From Candidatus Peribacteria bacterium (GTDB lineage Bacteria > Patescibacteriota > Gracilibacteria > Peribacterales > Peribacteraceae), in assembly GCA_041691135.1 (NCBI GenBank), contig JBEPVF010000001.1, positions 96,001 to 160,000 of the forward strand: 64,000 nucleotides of DNA, in the 5' to 3' direction. A program made the translations under genes and the position numbers. Shown here piece after piece: positions 1-8,749 of this stretch. Numbering within the stretch: the stretch's first letter is position 1; each line of letters begins with the position of its first letter. Under the pieces are notes generated by a model. It was not told the origin of the DNA, made no database searches, and was given only the letters and a program-made list of their open reading frames with translations.

Positions 1-1
1 C

Positions 2-142
2 CTGTCGTGGAAGTGGACGCTGACAATCGCCATTGCTTTGGAACTCGGCATGCTTGCAACGCTTCGTGACAACCTGACGCTTAATGTGCTTATGCTGATC
101 TACCCGATTAAGGCAGTAAAAGAATGGCAGATGGTGAAGTGA
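2..142 (+). CDS. DUF2585/UPF0314-family membrane protein, 3' fragment (truncated by window edge)
   Basis: Manual translation [46 protein letters not shown]; RDNLTLN..ML.YP....WQ is the family's typical C-terminus. Confidence 0.7.
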   Translation: MSWKWTLTIAIALELGMLATLRDNLTLNVLMLIYPIKAVKEWQMVK

Positions 143-277
143 ATTCTTTGAATAAGTATCAGGAGATTGCAACGACACAGGCTTTCACAGTAGATCAAAA
201 GCCCTTAGCAGGGGAGAGAGCGATCTATTTTAGAAACAGAGTACGGCAGACGAACGGCGAAGCATGAACACATTTCC

Positions 278-2113
278 TCAGTAATGAACCACGGTGATCG
301 TCACGCTTTTGCGCGCCACTTCGCGTCCGCTCAGATCGCGAGCGATGAATGTGACGACGTACTGCCCTTCGGTACCGTGCCAGTTCCACAGATCCAGATT
401 GAGCAAAGTTTCCTTGTGCGGATAATCCTGGTTGCTGTTGCTCATCAGGTTTTCGCCGCCGCCATCCACTGACCAATATAAGTTGTACTGACTGAGGTCG
501 GCATTGGTTAGAAGCGCCTTGAACGGTTGCAACCCCGATACGTGCTGGCCATCGGCCACCCACCACACATCGATTGACCCTGTGAGCGATGCGGAAGAAC
601 TCCTGGAGCTGCTCGTCGATGATGTCGAAGAGCTGGATGATGTGGAGCTAGACGAAGTGGAACTGCTTACCGAAGTGCTCGAGCTGGAGGAGCTGGTACC
701 GGCCATGAACGACGCCGCTTCGTTGCTCCAAACGTACAACGGATTCCAATTGCTTCCGAATACGCCTGCTTTAATGAAATATTTGCCGGCCGTCGTTGGC
801 GTCCAGTTGAATGAATAGGGGACTGTCTGATGCGATGTGAACGACTGATTGTCGTAGTAGTGCTGCGCCATCTGCTGGCCGCCTTCATTGTAAATCTCGA
901 CGTCCACCACCACGCCGCTCGCGCCGATGCCGGCATTATTTGTAACGTTCACCGTCGTTGTCATAGACTGTCCGATGGCAACCGAGGTTGGTGCTGCCGT
1001 TGCATTGATCGTAAACGTCGTACTTCCCGCGCTTGATGAACTGTTGCTCGAACTTGATGAAGCGGTTCCGCCGCCGGCGAAGAGCGTACGAACGGTTTGT
1101 TCAGCCGGTTTGTTCTGAATCGTGAAGTCGGTGTTGCCCTGTCCTCCGGCGTTGGGATCGCTCTTCCAATCCCACATTTGCAAACCCTTGAAGTTCGGAT
1201 CGTTTTGGAATGCCTGTACCAGGGCGGTGTAATCATTGGATTGCTCCTGTGAGTCGTAATTGCCGCCACGCCAGTACGCCGCCGGTTCTTTGTGTGCGCC
1301 ATCGACGCTCTTGAAGCCGATCTCGGTAAACACGATCGGTTTGTTGTACTGCTGCTCCAGCGGCTTCAGTTCATTGTTATTCCACTGCGTCCAGACATCC
1401 TGCAGTTGCTGTACCGATGGGTCATCATCGCCGAGTCCGCTCGGGTGATACGCCGATATGCCGATATAATCGAGTGCCCCCCAAAAATTGATGCCGGCCT
1501 TCTCGTTCGGATCGTTGTGCTGGGCGCTGTAGGTCAGCTTGCCGCTGTACACGCCACGCAGCGCACTGATCATCGATTTCCAATTGTCCGTGTTGCTTCC
1601 GTTGGCGCTGGCACTCGCCATCTGAGCCAGTTCGGTACCGATGGTAATTTCCTCAGCTCCGTGCGTCGCGGCAATTTTCCCCAGCGGAAGCAGAATCACA
1701 TTTTGGTAATTGGCAAACCACGTCGTCCGGTCGCCGGGATTGATGTATGCCCGCCATTGTCCGTCATCGGATTCCAGATGCGGCTTGAGGTTTACGGCGA
1801 GGCCCAGACTGTGGGCATAATCGATGGCGGCACCGAGCGTTTGATCATCCGGCGAATTCCATGCCTTGGTGATATCCGTCGCCCACAAGCTTGATTGGCG
1901 GTACGGAAGAATGAGAGTGACGTAATTTGCATTGATGCCCTTTAGCTTCTGCAGAGATTGTTTAAACGAGTCACTGCCGAAATCACCACTCCAGGTCGAT
2001 GCGACCGAGCCGCCTTTCTGCCAATCACTTACCGCCGCGAAAGCCGGACTTGCGAGCGAGAACATAAAGATGGCGATACTGCTGGTGCTGAGGAGTACTC
2101 GTGTGCGTTGCAT
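278..2113 (-). CDS. Secreted glycoside hydrolase, GH113-like (beta-mannanase-type TIM barrel), with two C-terminal beta-sandwich domains and Ser-rich linkers
   Basis: Signal peptide (SPAFA); LKPH, IGTEL (acid/base), DYIGISAY, PIVFTEIGF (nucleophile), GLQMWDW, KPAE motifs. Confidence 0.8.
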   Translation of the reverse strand: MQRTRVLLSTSSIAIFMFSLASPAFAAVSDWQKGGSVASTWSGDFGSDSFKQSLQKLKGINANYVTLILPYRQSSLWATDITKAWNSPDDQTLGAAIDYAHSLGLAVNLKPHLESDDGQWRAYINPGDRTTWFANYQNVILLPLGKIAATHGAEEITIGTELAQMASASANGSNTDNWKSMISALRGVYSGKLTYSAQHNDPNEKAGINFWGALDYIGISAYHPSGLGDDDPSVQQLQDVWTQWNNNELKPLEQQYNKPIVFTEIGFKSVDGAHKEPAAYWRGGNYDSQEQSNDYTALVQAFQNDPNFKGLQMWDWKSDPNAGGQGNTDFTIQNKPAEQTVRTLFAGGGTASSSSSNSSSSAGSTTFTINATAAPTSVAIGQSMTTTVNVTNNAGIGASGVVVDVEIYNEGGQQMAQHYYDNQSFTSHQTVPYSFNWTPTTAGKYFIKAGVFGSNWNPLYVWSNEAASFMAGTSSSSSSTSVSSSTSSSSTSSSSSTSSTSSSRSSSASLTGSIDVWWVADGQHVSGLQPFKALLTNADLSQYNLYWSVDGGGENLMSNSNQDYPHKETLLNLDLWNWHGTEGQYVVTFIARDLSGREVARKSVTITVVHY

Positions 2114-2259
2114 AGGGGGCGGGAAGATTGATGGCTATTTTGACGCGTCAACTGGCCGCTCCTTACGCGAGCCGTATGATTTCTCCATACTTTCCAAAAA
2201 CTGTCCCGGTCTTTAAAAAGAGTTTCTCGTGCCGCCGTTATCCGTCATACTGCCTGCCG

Positions 2260-4230
2260 ATGTTCCGATCGCTCTCGCTTATACGTGTCGCTGAGCTTAT
2301 TCTGCTCTGGTTTCTCGCCTTCGCTATTCTGTGGAAAGGCGGGAAAAGTCTGGAGACGACATGGCTGTTGCCATTGGTCAGTTGTTTGTGGGTATATGTT
2401 TCGTGGCGGACGTCGCCTCGTACGGGTGCGTCGGTCCGGCCGTTCCTGTGGAGTTCAGTGCTGTTGTTTCTGCTGTGGTCCGTTCTCAGTTACATCTTTT
2501 CGCTGACACAAAACTACGGACTGGATGAATTGCTGCGCGACATCTCCCTCTTTCTTCTGATGCTGTGCATCAGTCGCATCGAATGGCCGCGCTTTTCTGC
2601 CGAGCGAACGATGCGGTGGCTGGCATGGTGTGCCTTTGTTGCGGCACTTGCCGGATTCGTCGTCTACATTCTGCAACCCGTGAATCGCTTTGTGGGTACA
2701 TTTTTTGATTTCCGTTTTCAAACCGATTACTGGCCCAATGCGTGGGCCGAGTTTGTCCTGCTCGCCTGGCCGAGCGTGTTGTGGCTTGCGGTGACGTCGT
2801 CATCCCAAACGCGCCTTATCCGGTTGGGTATGCTCGGGGTTGTTCTGAGCGGATTACTTCTCAGTTATTCACGCGGCGGAATGCTCGCCTTCGGCGGACA
2901 ACTCGCGCTGCTCTTGCTCTTGCTGGTCATCAGAGGCTGGCCGCTTCATAAGAATCTTGTTCGTGGGTTCAGTCGGTATCCGTGGAAAAAAATTGTTATC
3001 TCTGCCGGTGCGGTGGTGGGGATGGCAGTCGTTTTGTTCGTCATCACGAACCTCATTCGATCCAACTTCTACGAGGTGCAGGATATTGAATCCAAAGTGA
3101 CCTTCAACGCTGCCGAAGGTAACTCGTCCATCACCGAACGTTCGGCATTCTGGCAGCAAGCTGTATTGCTCACCCGCGAGCGGCCGTTGCTCGGTTGGGG
3201 GCCGGAGAGTTTTCGTTTTGTTCAGCCTTTGTTACAGCGAGGCATTCTGGCAACAGCGGATCATCCGCACAACGTGATACTGAAGCTGGCAATGGAACGC
3301 GGCGTGCCGGCGGCATTGCTGTACCTCTGTATTCTGCTCGCCATCTTGGGCGTGTCGCTGCGACGCGAGATTTTCTCAACGGATGAATCGGTGTTGACCG
3401 TTCGAGCAGTGCTTCTTGTTTCTGTCTGTGGTGTGCTGGCGCACAATATGATCGATTACAACCTGCAGTTCGTCGGTATCGTTCTTCCATTCACTCTGTT
3501 TCTGGGATTTCTGGCGCGCGATATACCGACGCATCCTCGCGAATCGATTCCACGCAGCTTTCAAAAAGCAGTCGAGGTCGTCATCGCTATCGTGCTCTTG
3601 ATTCTCACGGTGTGGGAAGGGAGGTATCTGGTTCTTTCGTCCTTTGGCCGGCATGCCGAAGCGGTGCACGACGATGCGGCGGCGTTGCAGTGGTTCGAGG
3701 CGTCCAAGGGCGAACTCTTTTCGCGGGATCTGTTTTTGAGTCACGCACAACTGCTGCTCGATCAAGGCAAGTCTCGGGATGCCGAAATGGTACTGGGACG
3801 ATACTTGGCGGTGAACGGCCAGGATTACCGGGTGTGGAAACTGCTCGGGACGGTGCTCGTTGCCCGCAACCGCCCGGATGACGCGCTGATTGCTTATGAA
3901 CACGCGTACGCGTACGGCTATCAGAATGATCTGAGTATCCTTCGTTCGTTGCTCGAATTGCTCGAAATGACGGGGAACCAGGATGCCCTGCGTGTCTGGA
4001 AGCCAAAGGCCGAGAAGCTCCTCGCGTCCTATGCGAATGCCATTGAACAGAATACGCACTATATTTCTCTGTCGACGAATGTAGAAGAATTCGAAAAAGT
4101 GACCACCTTCCTCTCGAGTCACTTTCCGGATGATAAGCATTCATACGACGTACTTCTGGAGATCGTTAAACAGCATGCAAAAGACGCCAGGAGCAAGATC
4201 AAGGCCCGCCCCCCAGGATTCCTGTGGTAA
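2260..4230 (+). CDS. O-antigen ligase/Wzy_C-family membrane protein with C-terminal TPR-like region
   Basis: Multiple TM helices; LSYSRGG, ER..FW, PLLGWGPESF, HPHN motifs. Start placed at ATG 2260 behind a CATACT -10 box. Confidence 0.8.
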   Translation: MFRSLSLIRVAELILLWFLAFAILWKGGKSLETTWLLPLVSCLWVYVSWRTSPRTGASVRPFLWSSVLLFLLWSVLSYIFSLTQNYGLDELLRDISLFLLMLCISRIEWPRFSAERTMRWLAWCAFVAALAGFVVYILQPVNRFVGTFFDFRFQTDYWPNAWAEFVLLAWPSVLWLAVTSSSQTRLIRLGMLGVVLSGLLLSYSRGGMLAFGGQLALLLLLLVIRGWPLHKNLVRGFSRYPWKKIVISAGAVVGMAVVLFVITNLIRSNFYEVQDIESKVTFNAAEGNSSITERSAFWQQAVLLTRERPLLGWGPESFRFVQPLLQRGILATADHPHNVILKLAMERGVPAALLYLCILLAILGVSLRREIFSTDESVLTVRAVLLVSVCGVLAHNMIDYNLQFVGIVLPFTLFLGFLARDIPTHPRESIPRSFQKAVEVVIAIVLLILTVWEGRYLVLSSFGRHAEAVHDDAAALQWFEASKGELFSRDLFLSHAQLLLDQGKSRDAEMVLGRYLAVNGQDYRVWKLLGTVLVARNRPDDALIAYEHAYAYGYQNDLSILRSLLELLEMTGNQDALRVWKPKAEKLLASYANAIEQNTHYISLSTNVEEFEKVTTFLSSHFPDDKHSYDVLLEIVKQHAKDARSKIKARPPGFLW

Positions 4231-4556
4231 GTGTCTAAACGAGGCAGAATTTCAGCAGTCGATTTTTTGTTTAACAGAAGCCATAAAATTGGCACTCTAG
4301 TGGGGTCTTTTTTGGAAGTACTGATCGGCCAGTACGCACTGCCATATTAGAGTAATAAATATTATTTTAGTCAAATATCCCTATGCCGAATGAATTACTC
4401 AGGCTAAGAGCGAACGGCAGGTCAGTATGTAAACAATACTTTCTTTTCCTACCGTCAAAAATTCCTCCCCCGCAGTACGGGAAGGTTACCGATTTATATA
4501 CCGCGTCCCACGTATCGTTCTTTTGGAGAGCGGTGTCCGTTGTTCACTCCCATCTC

Positions 4557-4670
4557 TCAGCGCATAGCCGGGAGGCTCACCACCTGTATCACGATGAAGG
4601 TGATGATCGCTGCATGCACAAGCACGAGCGGGAGTGAAGCGCGGGTTAGGGATTGCTTCACTGCTTTCAT
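4557..4670 (-). CDS. Small hydrophobic protein, 37 aa (not in ORF track)
   Basis: MKAVKQSLTRASLPLVLVHAAIITFIVIQVVSLPAMR*; AAAGGGGG SD-like site; TAGACA-N16-TACAAT promoter at 4724-4697. Confidence 0.5.
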   Translation of the reverse strand: MKAVKQSLTRASLPLVLVHAAIITFIVIQVVSLPAMR

Positions 4671-4810
4671 AGTACCCCCTTTGAGAGGGGACGGGCATTG
4701 TAAGGGTTTACTATTTGTTGTCTAGCATTAAGTAAGTAGATTCATTTATGCCTTAAAATTGATAATCTTTGGCCCTTTGGTAGATCGGTGTTCATTGCAG
4801 GAGTTCATTA

Positions 4811-5242
4811 CTATTGTATGCTGCTATGATCTAATGGTTTATTAGAGTTTTTTTCATTAATCTCGTCAATAGCTGCCTGTCCGGCTTCAATCCCAAAACG
4901 GACATAGCCCAAATGCAGATGCTCAAGGATCTCGGGAGCGTCCAGCGGTTGCCGCACGGCGGTTTTTGCCAGCAGTTGGCAAGTAAGAGTGTAATCGTGC
5001 CTGCCAGACTGCCAAAAAGCTTCAGATGGTGTGTCGACGGCAGATAACAGTTTATTGAAGGCTTCGGCGGTAAGGAACGACAGAAAACGTATTCTCTCGA
5101 ATGTTACAGCTTGATCGCTCTCCAGAAGCTCCTGCATTGTCCGTTTTCTTTCCTGGTAAATAGTCTCGAGTTCCTCAAGGGAACAATATTTGTCACGACT
5201 TGCCAGGAATGTGCCGCGCGATTCGGGGGAAGGACTAGACAT
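4811..5242 (-). CDS. Hypothetical protein, 143 aa
   Basis: ATG ORF immediately downstream of a terminator/leader; no family recognised. Confidence 0.55.
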   Translation of the reverse strand: MSSPSPESRGTFLASRDKYCSLEELETIYQERKRTMQELLESDQAVTFERIRFLSFLTAEAFNKLLSAVDTPSEAFWQSGRHDYTLTCQLLAKTAVRQPLDAPEILEHLHLGYVRFGIEAGQAAIDEINEKNSNKPLDHSSIQ

Positions 5243-5250
5243 AGGTGGAC

Positions 5251-5401
5251 AGAGAGAAAAATCCCGCCATGCGCGGGAAGAGGAAGGAAAGTTCGGATCA
5301 GCTTCACCCTCTCACGCGTAGCGCGAGATAATAATAGTGATGCTGATGGTCGACAACCGCGTCATCGCCGGTGAATCTAGTGTGCTCGGTGGAAAAGTCA
5401 A
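5251..5401 (-). promoter_or_regulatory. Promoter plus putative ribosome-dependent attenuator (Ile/Thr-rich leader peptide at 5365-5312)
   Basis: TTGACT-N16-TAGATT; peptide MTRLSTISITIIISRYA*; terminator TCCCGC-gcatg-GCGGGA-TTTTT overlapped by a possible antiterminator. Confidence 0.6.
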
Positions 5402-5468
5402 CAATGTGGATGGTGACCGCTCGATTATCTCTTACGACAGGGGAATACTCACACGATGACGGCAGCCA

Positions 5469-6554
5469 TCAGTACTTCTTGCGCGTCAAAAAAGGTTTCT
5501 CGATGCAGAAATAGGTCGCAGCTGAAAGGCCTAACGTCAATGTGAGTGCGATCAAAAATTTAGAGGACACACCAAATGATAATCGTGTCACTTGTTGGAT
5601 GATGATGAAATGCCAGATGTAGAAGCTGTAACTTATCGTCCCTACTCCCAACAGAACGCGATTGCTGACTGCCGTCTTCACCCAGGAAAAAGTATGAGCG
5701 AGTGAGAAGAGAAACGAAGCGGTGGATAGGCCGACAAGCGAGTGAAGGAACACTTGTGAATAATAATGATCCCTGAATGTCTGTTGCAGTGTTGCGAACA
5801 GATGGATGCTGATGCCGAGCCCGCCCAAACTGATCAATAGCAGAAGCAATGCCGCTAACTTGGCAGTGGCTGACTGCATTGATTGCTTATGCGCGATAAA
5901 AATCGTCGCCCACGATGCCAATATGCCAAAAGCAAAATGATCCAATAGCCCGATAAAATTCTCGGTGTAGATGATCCGTTGTTCCTGATTCCACGCGGGA
6001 TAGAAGTCGGCAATGTACACGCGGAACCAGTAGGTGATGCTGACCATCAGCAGGCATCCCAGAAGAATCAACAGAGTGTTTCTCCTGGTAAAGAGGAAGA
6101 AGATCGGCAGGAAAGCATAGAAGATCATCTCGACTGATAAGCTCCACAGCACCGGATTGATGCCGTAATACGTGCTGGCACTCATACTCTGCAAAAAAAG
6201 CAAATGACTGGCGATGTTCATCAAGCCGGATCGTGTGAGCATCATCTGAGGCACGACGAAAATAAGAAATATGAAAAGAGAGAAATAATAAATAGGTGCG
6301 ATGCGCAAAAACCGCCGCTGCAGGTACTTCATGTTCGCGCCGTGAAAATAGATGGAACGGTAAATGAGGAAGCCGCTGAGCACGAAGAACATATCCAGTC
6401 CGATGTGACCGGCTTGAAACACGGGTGCAAGATTCATTCCCAAGAAATGGACATGCGATAGTTGATTAATGCCGTAGAAATGAAAGATGAACACCAGAAG
6501 AGCGGCCACGCCCCTGATGGAATCGAACCCAATCAATTTTTGTTGCTGTAGCAT
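5469..6554 (-). CDS. Acyltransferase family 3 (OafA/YrhL-like surface polysaccharide O-acyltransferase)
   Basis: DSIRGVAA..V..FH, FFVLSGFLI, RRFLRIAP, WSLSVE..FY, ISYSFYIWH, IEKP motifs. Confidence 0.9.
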   Translation of the reverse strand: MLQQQKLIGFDSIRGVAALLVFIFHFYGINQLSHVHFLGMNLAPVFQAGHIGLDMFFVLSGFLIYRSIYFHGANMKYLQRRFLRIAPIYYFSLFIFLIFVVPQMMLTRSGLMNIASHLLFLQSMSASTYYGINPVLWSLSVEMIFYAFLPIFFLFTRRNTLLILLGCLLMVSITYWFRVYIADFYPAWNQEQRIIYTENFIGLLDHFAFGILASWATIFIAHKQSMQSATAKLAALLLLLISLGGLGISIHLFATLQQTFRDHYYSQVFLHSLVGLSTASFLFSLAHTFSWVKTAVSNRVLLGVGTISYSFYIWHFIIIQQVTRLSFGVSSKFLIALTLTLGLSAATYFCIEKPFLTRKKY

Positions 6555-6650
6555 GATGTACCAGAGATGTAATAAATGTAGCTCTGCTCCTGTTCACTTT
6601 TTACATCTGCTTACGTTGTATTTACATCACATAATCCTCAGAGCGAAGGT

Positions 6651-6727
6651 TGGTCGGGACGACAGGACTTGAACCTGCGACCTCGTGCTCCCGAAGCACG
6701 CGCTCTAGCCAACTGAGCTACGTCCCG
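6651..6727 (-). tRNA. tRNA-Pro(CGG)
   Basis: Cloverleaf CGGGACG...anticodon arm CGTGC-TTCGGGA-GCACG...GTTCAAGTCC...CCA. Confidence 0.95.
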
Positions 6728-6789
6728 AACTCCTGGATAGTACCAAAGAGGCCGGGTATCGGAAACAAATTATCATCGCTCGGGAGGCA

Positions 6790-6960
6790 TTATTTGCCGT
6801 TTCCGACGCCTACCGCGTCTTTCGATCCCATGTCGGAGAATGTACCGCCGAATTTTTTATCGGCCGGTTTCTCTTCCATGCCTTCGGCATGCTTGGATCC
6901 CATGTCGGTAAACGTGCCGCCGAAGCCGGTGCCTTTTTTGGTGATAGTGCGTTTGGCCAT
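6790..6960 (-). CDS. Small protein, 56 aa, with duplicated FGGTF(T/S)DMGSK motif (not in ORF track)
   Basis: MAKRTITKKGTGFGGTFTDMGSKHAEGMEEKPADKKFGGTFSDMGSKDAVGVGNGK*; repeat conserved at protein level with synonymous changes. Confidence 0.7.
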   Translation of the reverse strand: MAKRTITKKGTGFGGTFTDMGSKHAEGMEEKPADKKFGGTFSDMGSKDAVGVGNGK

Positions 6961-7116
6961 ACAAAGAGGGGGAAAGTATGTAGAGACTACTTTTGTGACG
7001 GTGAGCGGGGATTCTTCTTACCACAGAGTGACGATCGATTCATCGGTGTTGCAAAGACACGCAGCTATGGCCCGCTGCCTTGCGTATCACTTCCATCGAC
7101 GCGTATCATTCGCTTC

Positions 7117-8064
7117 ATGTCGAAACAAGAGTCTGCAATTGTCGCCGCTGGATTTCTGGCCTTGTTCGGCATCATCTTTTACACCACGCAGTGCGGCACC
7201 AACGGTTGCAACACCGGTGTCGGTCATTTGCCGACAAATTTTGCCGAATGCGTCGCAGCCGGTTACCGTGTTCGACAAACGATGCCGCGTCAGTGCCAAT
7301 CTCCTGACGGCACATTGTTTACAGAGGATGCGCAGGGGACGACGGGAAAGCCGAAGAAGCCCGTTGTCGATGTAGTGAAAGTGACGGAGCCGGTGGCGAA
7401 AGCGTCCATTGGCGTACCGGTGAGTATCAAAGGCACAGCCAATGTATTTGAGGACCAGGTGAACTACCGGGTAGTCGATATCGACGGGACGGTACTGGCC
7501 GAAGGGCATGTAAAAACGGAAAGCGGTGCGTTGGATGTCTTCAAAGCATTCCAGATTAAAGCGTCGTATACTGAACCCTACGGCGATCATGGGACGGTCG
7601 ACGTATTCGAACGGACAGCTGATGGACAGGAAGACGGCTTGGTATCGGTGCCGGTATCTTTTACGAAGGTCGATCGCATTCCCGTGCAGCTGTTCTTCAT
7701 GAATGCAAAGAAGGACCCGCAGCGCTTGCACTGTGATGTGACCTACGCGGTGACACACAAGATTCCTCCCACCGACTCACCCGAAAAATCCGCGCTGCTT
7801 GCATTGCTTGATGGCACTCTGGCTGTAGATAAAAAGAATGGCTACGAAACGGCGGTGCCGGTCAGTGCATTGTTGAAGGATTTTCAATTGGACAAGGGGA
7901 CTGCAACTGTCGATTTCAGCAAAGAATTGTCTGACCAAGTCGCCGGCTCGTGTCGCACGGCGGCCGTTCGCAGTCAGATTACGCAAACATTGCTCCAGTT
8001 TCCGACGGTGAAAAAAGTCGTCATCACGGTGGAAGGCAGCAGTAAGGGAGTGCTCGGCAAATGA
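7117..8064 (+). CDS. Membrane-anchored protein with Gmad2 Ig-like and GerMN domains
   Basis: TNFAECVAAGY..PRQC motif; GTANVFE; ATVDFS..GSC..AVRSQITQTLLQFPTVKKVVITVEG. Confidence 0.85.
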   Translation: MSKQESAIVAAGFLALFGIIFYTTQCGTNGCNTGVGHLPTNFAECVAAGYRVRQTMPRQCQSPDGTLFTEDAQGTTGKPKKPVVDVVKVTEPVAKASIGVPVSIKGTANVFEDQVNYRVVDIDGTVLAEGHVKTESGALDVFKAFQIKASYTEPYGDHGTVDVFERTADGQEDGLVSVPVSFTKVDRIPVQLFFMNAKKDPQRLHCDVTYAVTHKIPPTDSPEKSALLALLDGTLAVDKKNGYETAVPVSALLKDFQLDKGTATVDFSKELSDQVAGSCRTAAVRSQITQTLLQFPTVKKVVITVEGSSKGVLGK

Positions 8065-8148
8065 AAGTTACGTCCGCGAAAAGGTGGGTAATAGGTGCGT
8101 ATACTCCATTTGGTGTATACTCGGGATGTTTCTTTCCTCTCTTCTTCC

Positions 8149-8739
8149 ATGGATACTCTTGCTCCCCCCGCTCCACGGCGTTCAAAACTCCTGTGGATCG
8201 TCATTGGTGTTATCGTTCTTCTTGGCTTGTGGGTAATTGCCAGTTATAACGGCCTGGTAAGTTCAAAAACAGGGGTTGAATCGTCCTGGGCACAGGTGGA
8301 GACGCAGTATCAGCGTCGCTTCGACTTGGTTCCAAATCTGGTGAGTACGGTAAAAGGAGCCGCCAATTTTGAGGAGAATACGTATGTTGCAGTGACACAG
8401 GCGCGTTCACAATTTGCTGCCGCTCCCTCACGTGACGATAAAATCGCCGTGGCACAGAATTTTGAATCGTCCCTGTCCCGTTTGCTCGTAACGGTCGAGG
8501 CCTATCCTCAGCTGAAGGCGACACAGGCGTTCCAAGATCTTATGACTCAACTGGAAGGCACGGAAAATCGCATCGGTGTTGCCCGCAAGGATTACAACGA
8601 TGCCGTCGCCAGTTTCAATGTGAAGGTACGGATGTTCCCAGGCAGTATTTTCGCGTCGATGTTCGGATTCGCTCCCGAGAAATTCTTTGAGTCCGCTCAG
8701 GGTGCTAATACGGCCCCGTCGGTGGACTTTAGCAGTTAA
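8149..8739 (+). CDS. lemA: LemA family protein
   Basis: SYNGLV, QYQRRFDLVPNLV, EAYPQLKA, LEGTENRI..AR.DYN. Confidence 0.95.
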   Translation: MDTLAPPAPRRSKLLWIVIGVIVLLGLWVIASYNGLVSSKTGVESSWAQVETQYQRRFDLVPNLVSTVKGAANFEENTYVAVTQARSQFAAAPSRDDKIAVAQNFESSLSRLLVTVEAYPQLKATQAFQDLMTQLEGTENRIGVARKDYNDAVASFNVKVRMFPGSIFASMFGFAPEKFFESAQGANTAPSVDFSS

Positions 8740-8749
8740 TACTTTGTCC

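Noticed and set aside
590-700. Tandem-repeat-like GAGCT/GAT runs
   Set aside because: They encode a poly-Ser/Thr linker and are not an independent DNA repeat.
4383-4637. 84-aa His-rich plus-strand ORF
   Set aside because: It overlaps the better-supported minus-strand peptide unit and has no recognisable features.
4811-6650. Integrative island at tRNA-Pro(CGG)
   Set aside because: The cargo looks accessory, but I found no integrase and no duplicated tRNA 3' end (att site).
6650-7375. 241-aa plus-strand ORF
   Set aside because: It runs antisense through tRNA-Pro and the 56-aa gene and out of frame into the GerMN gene.
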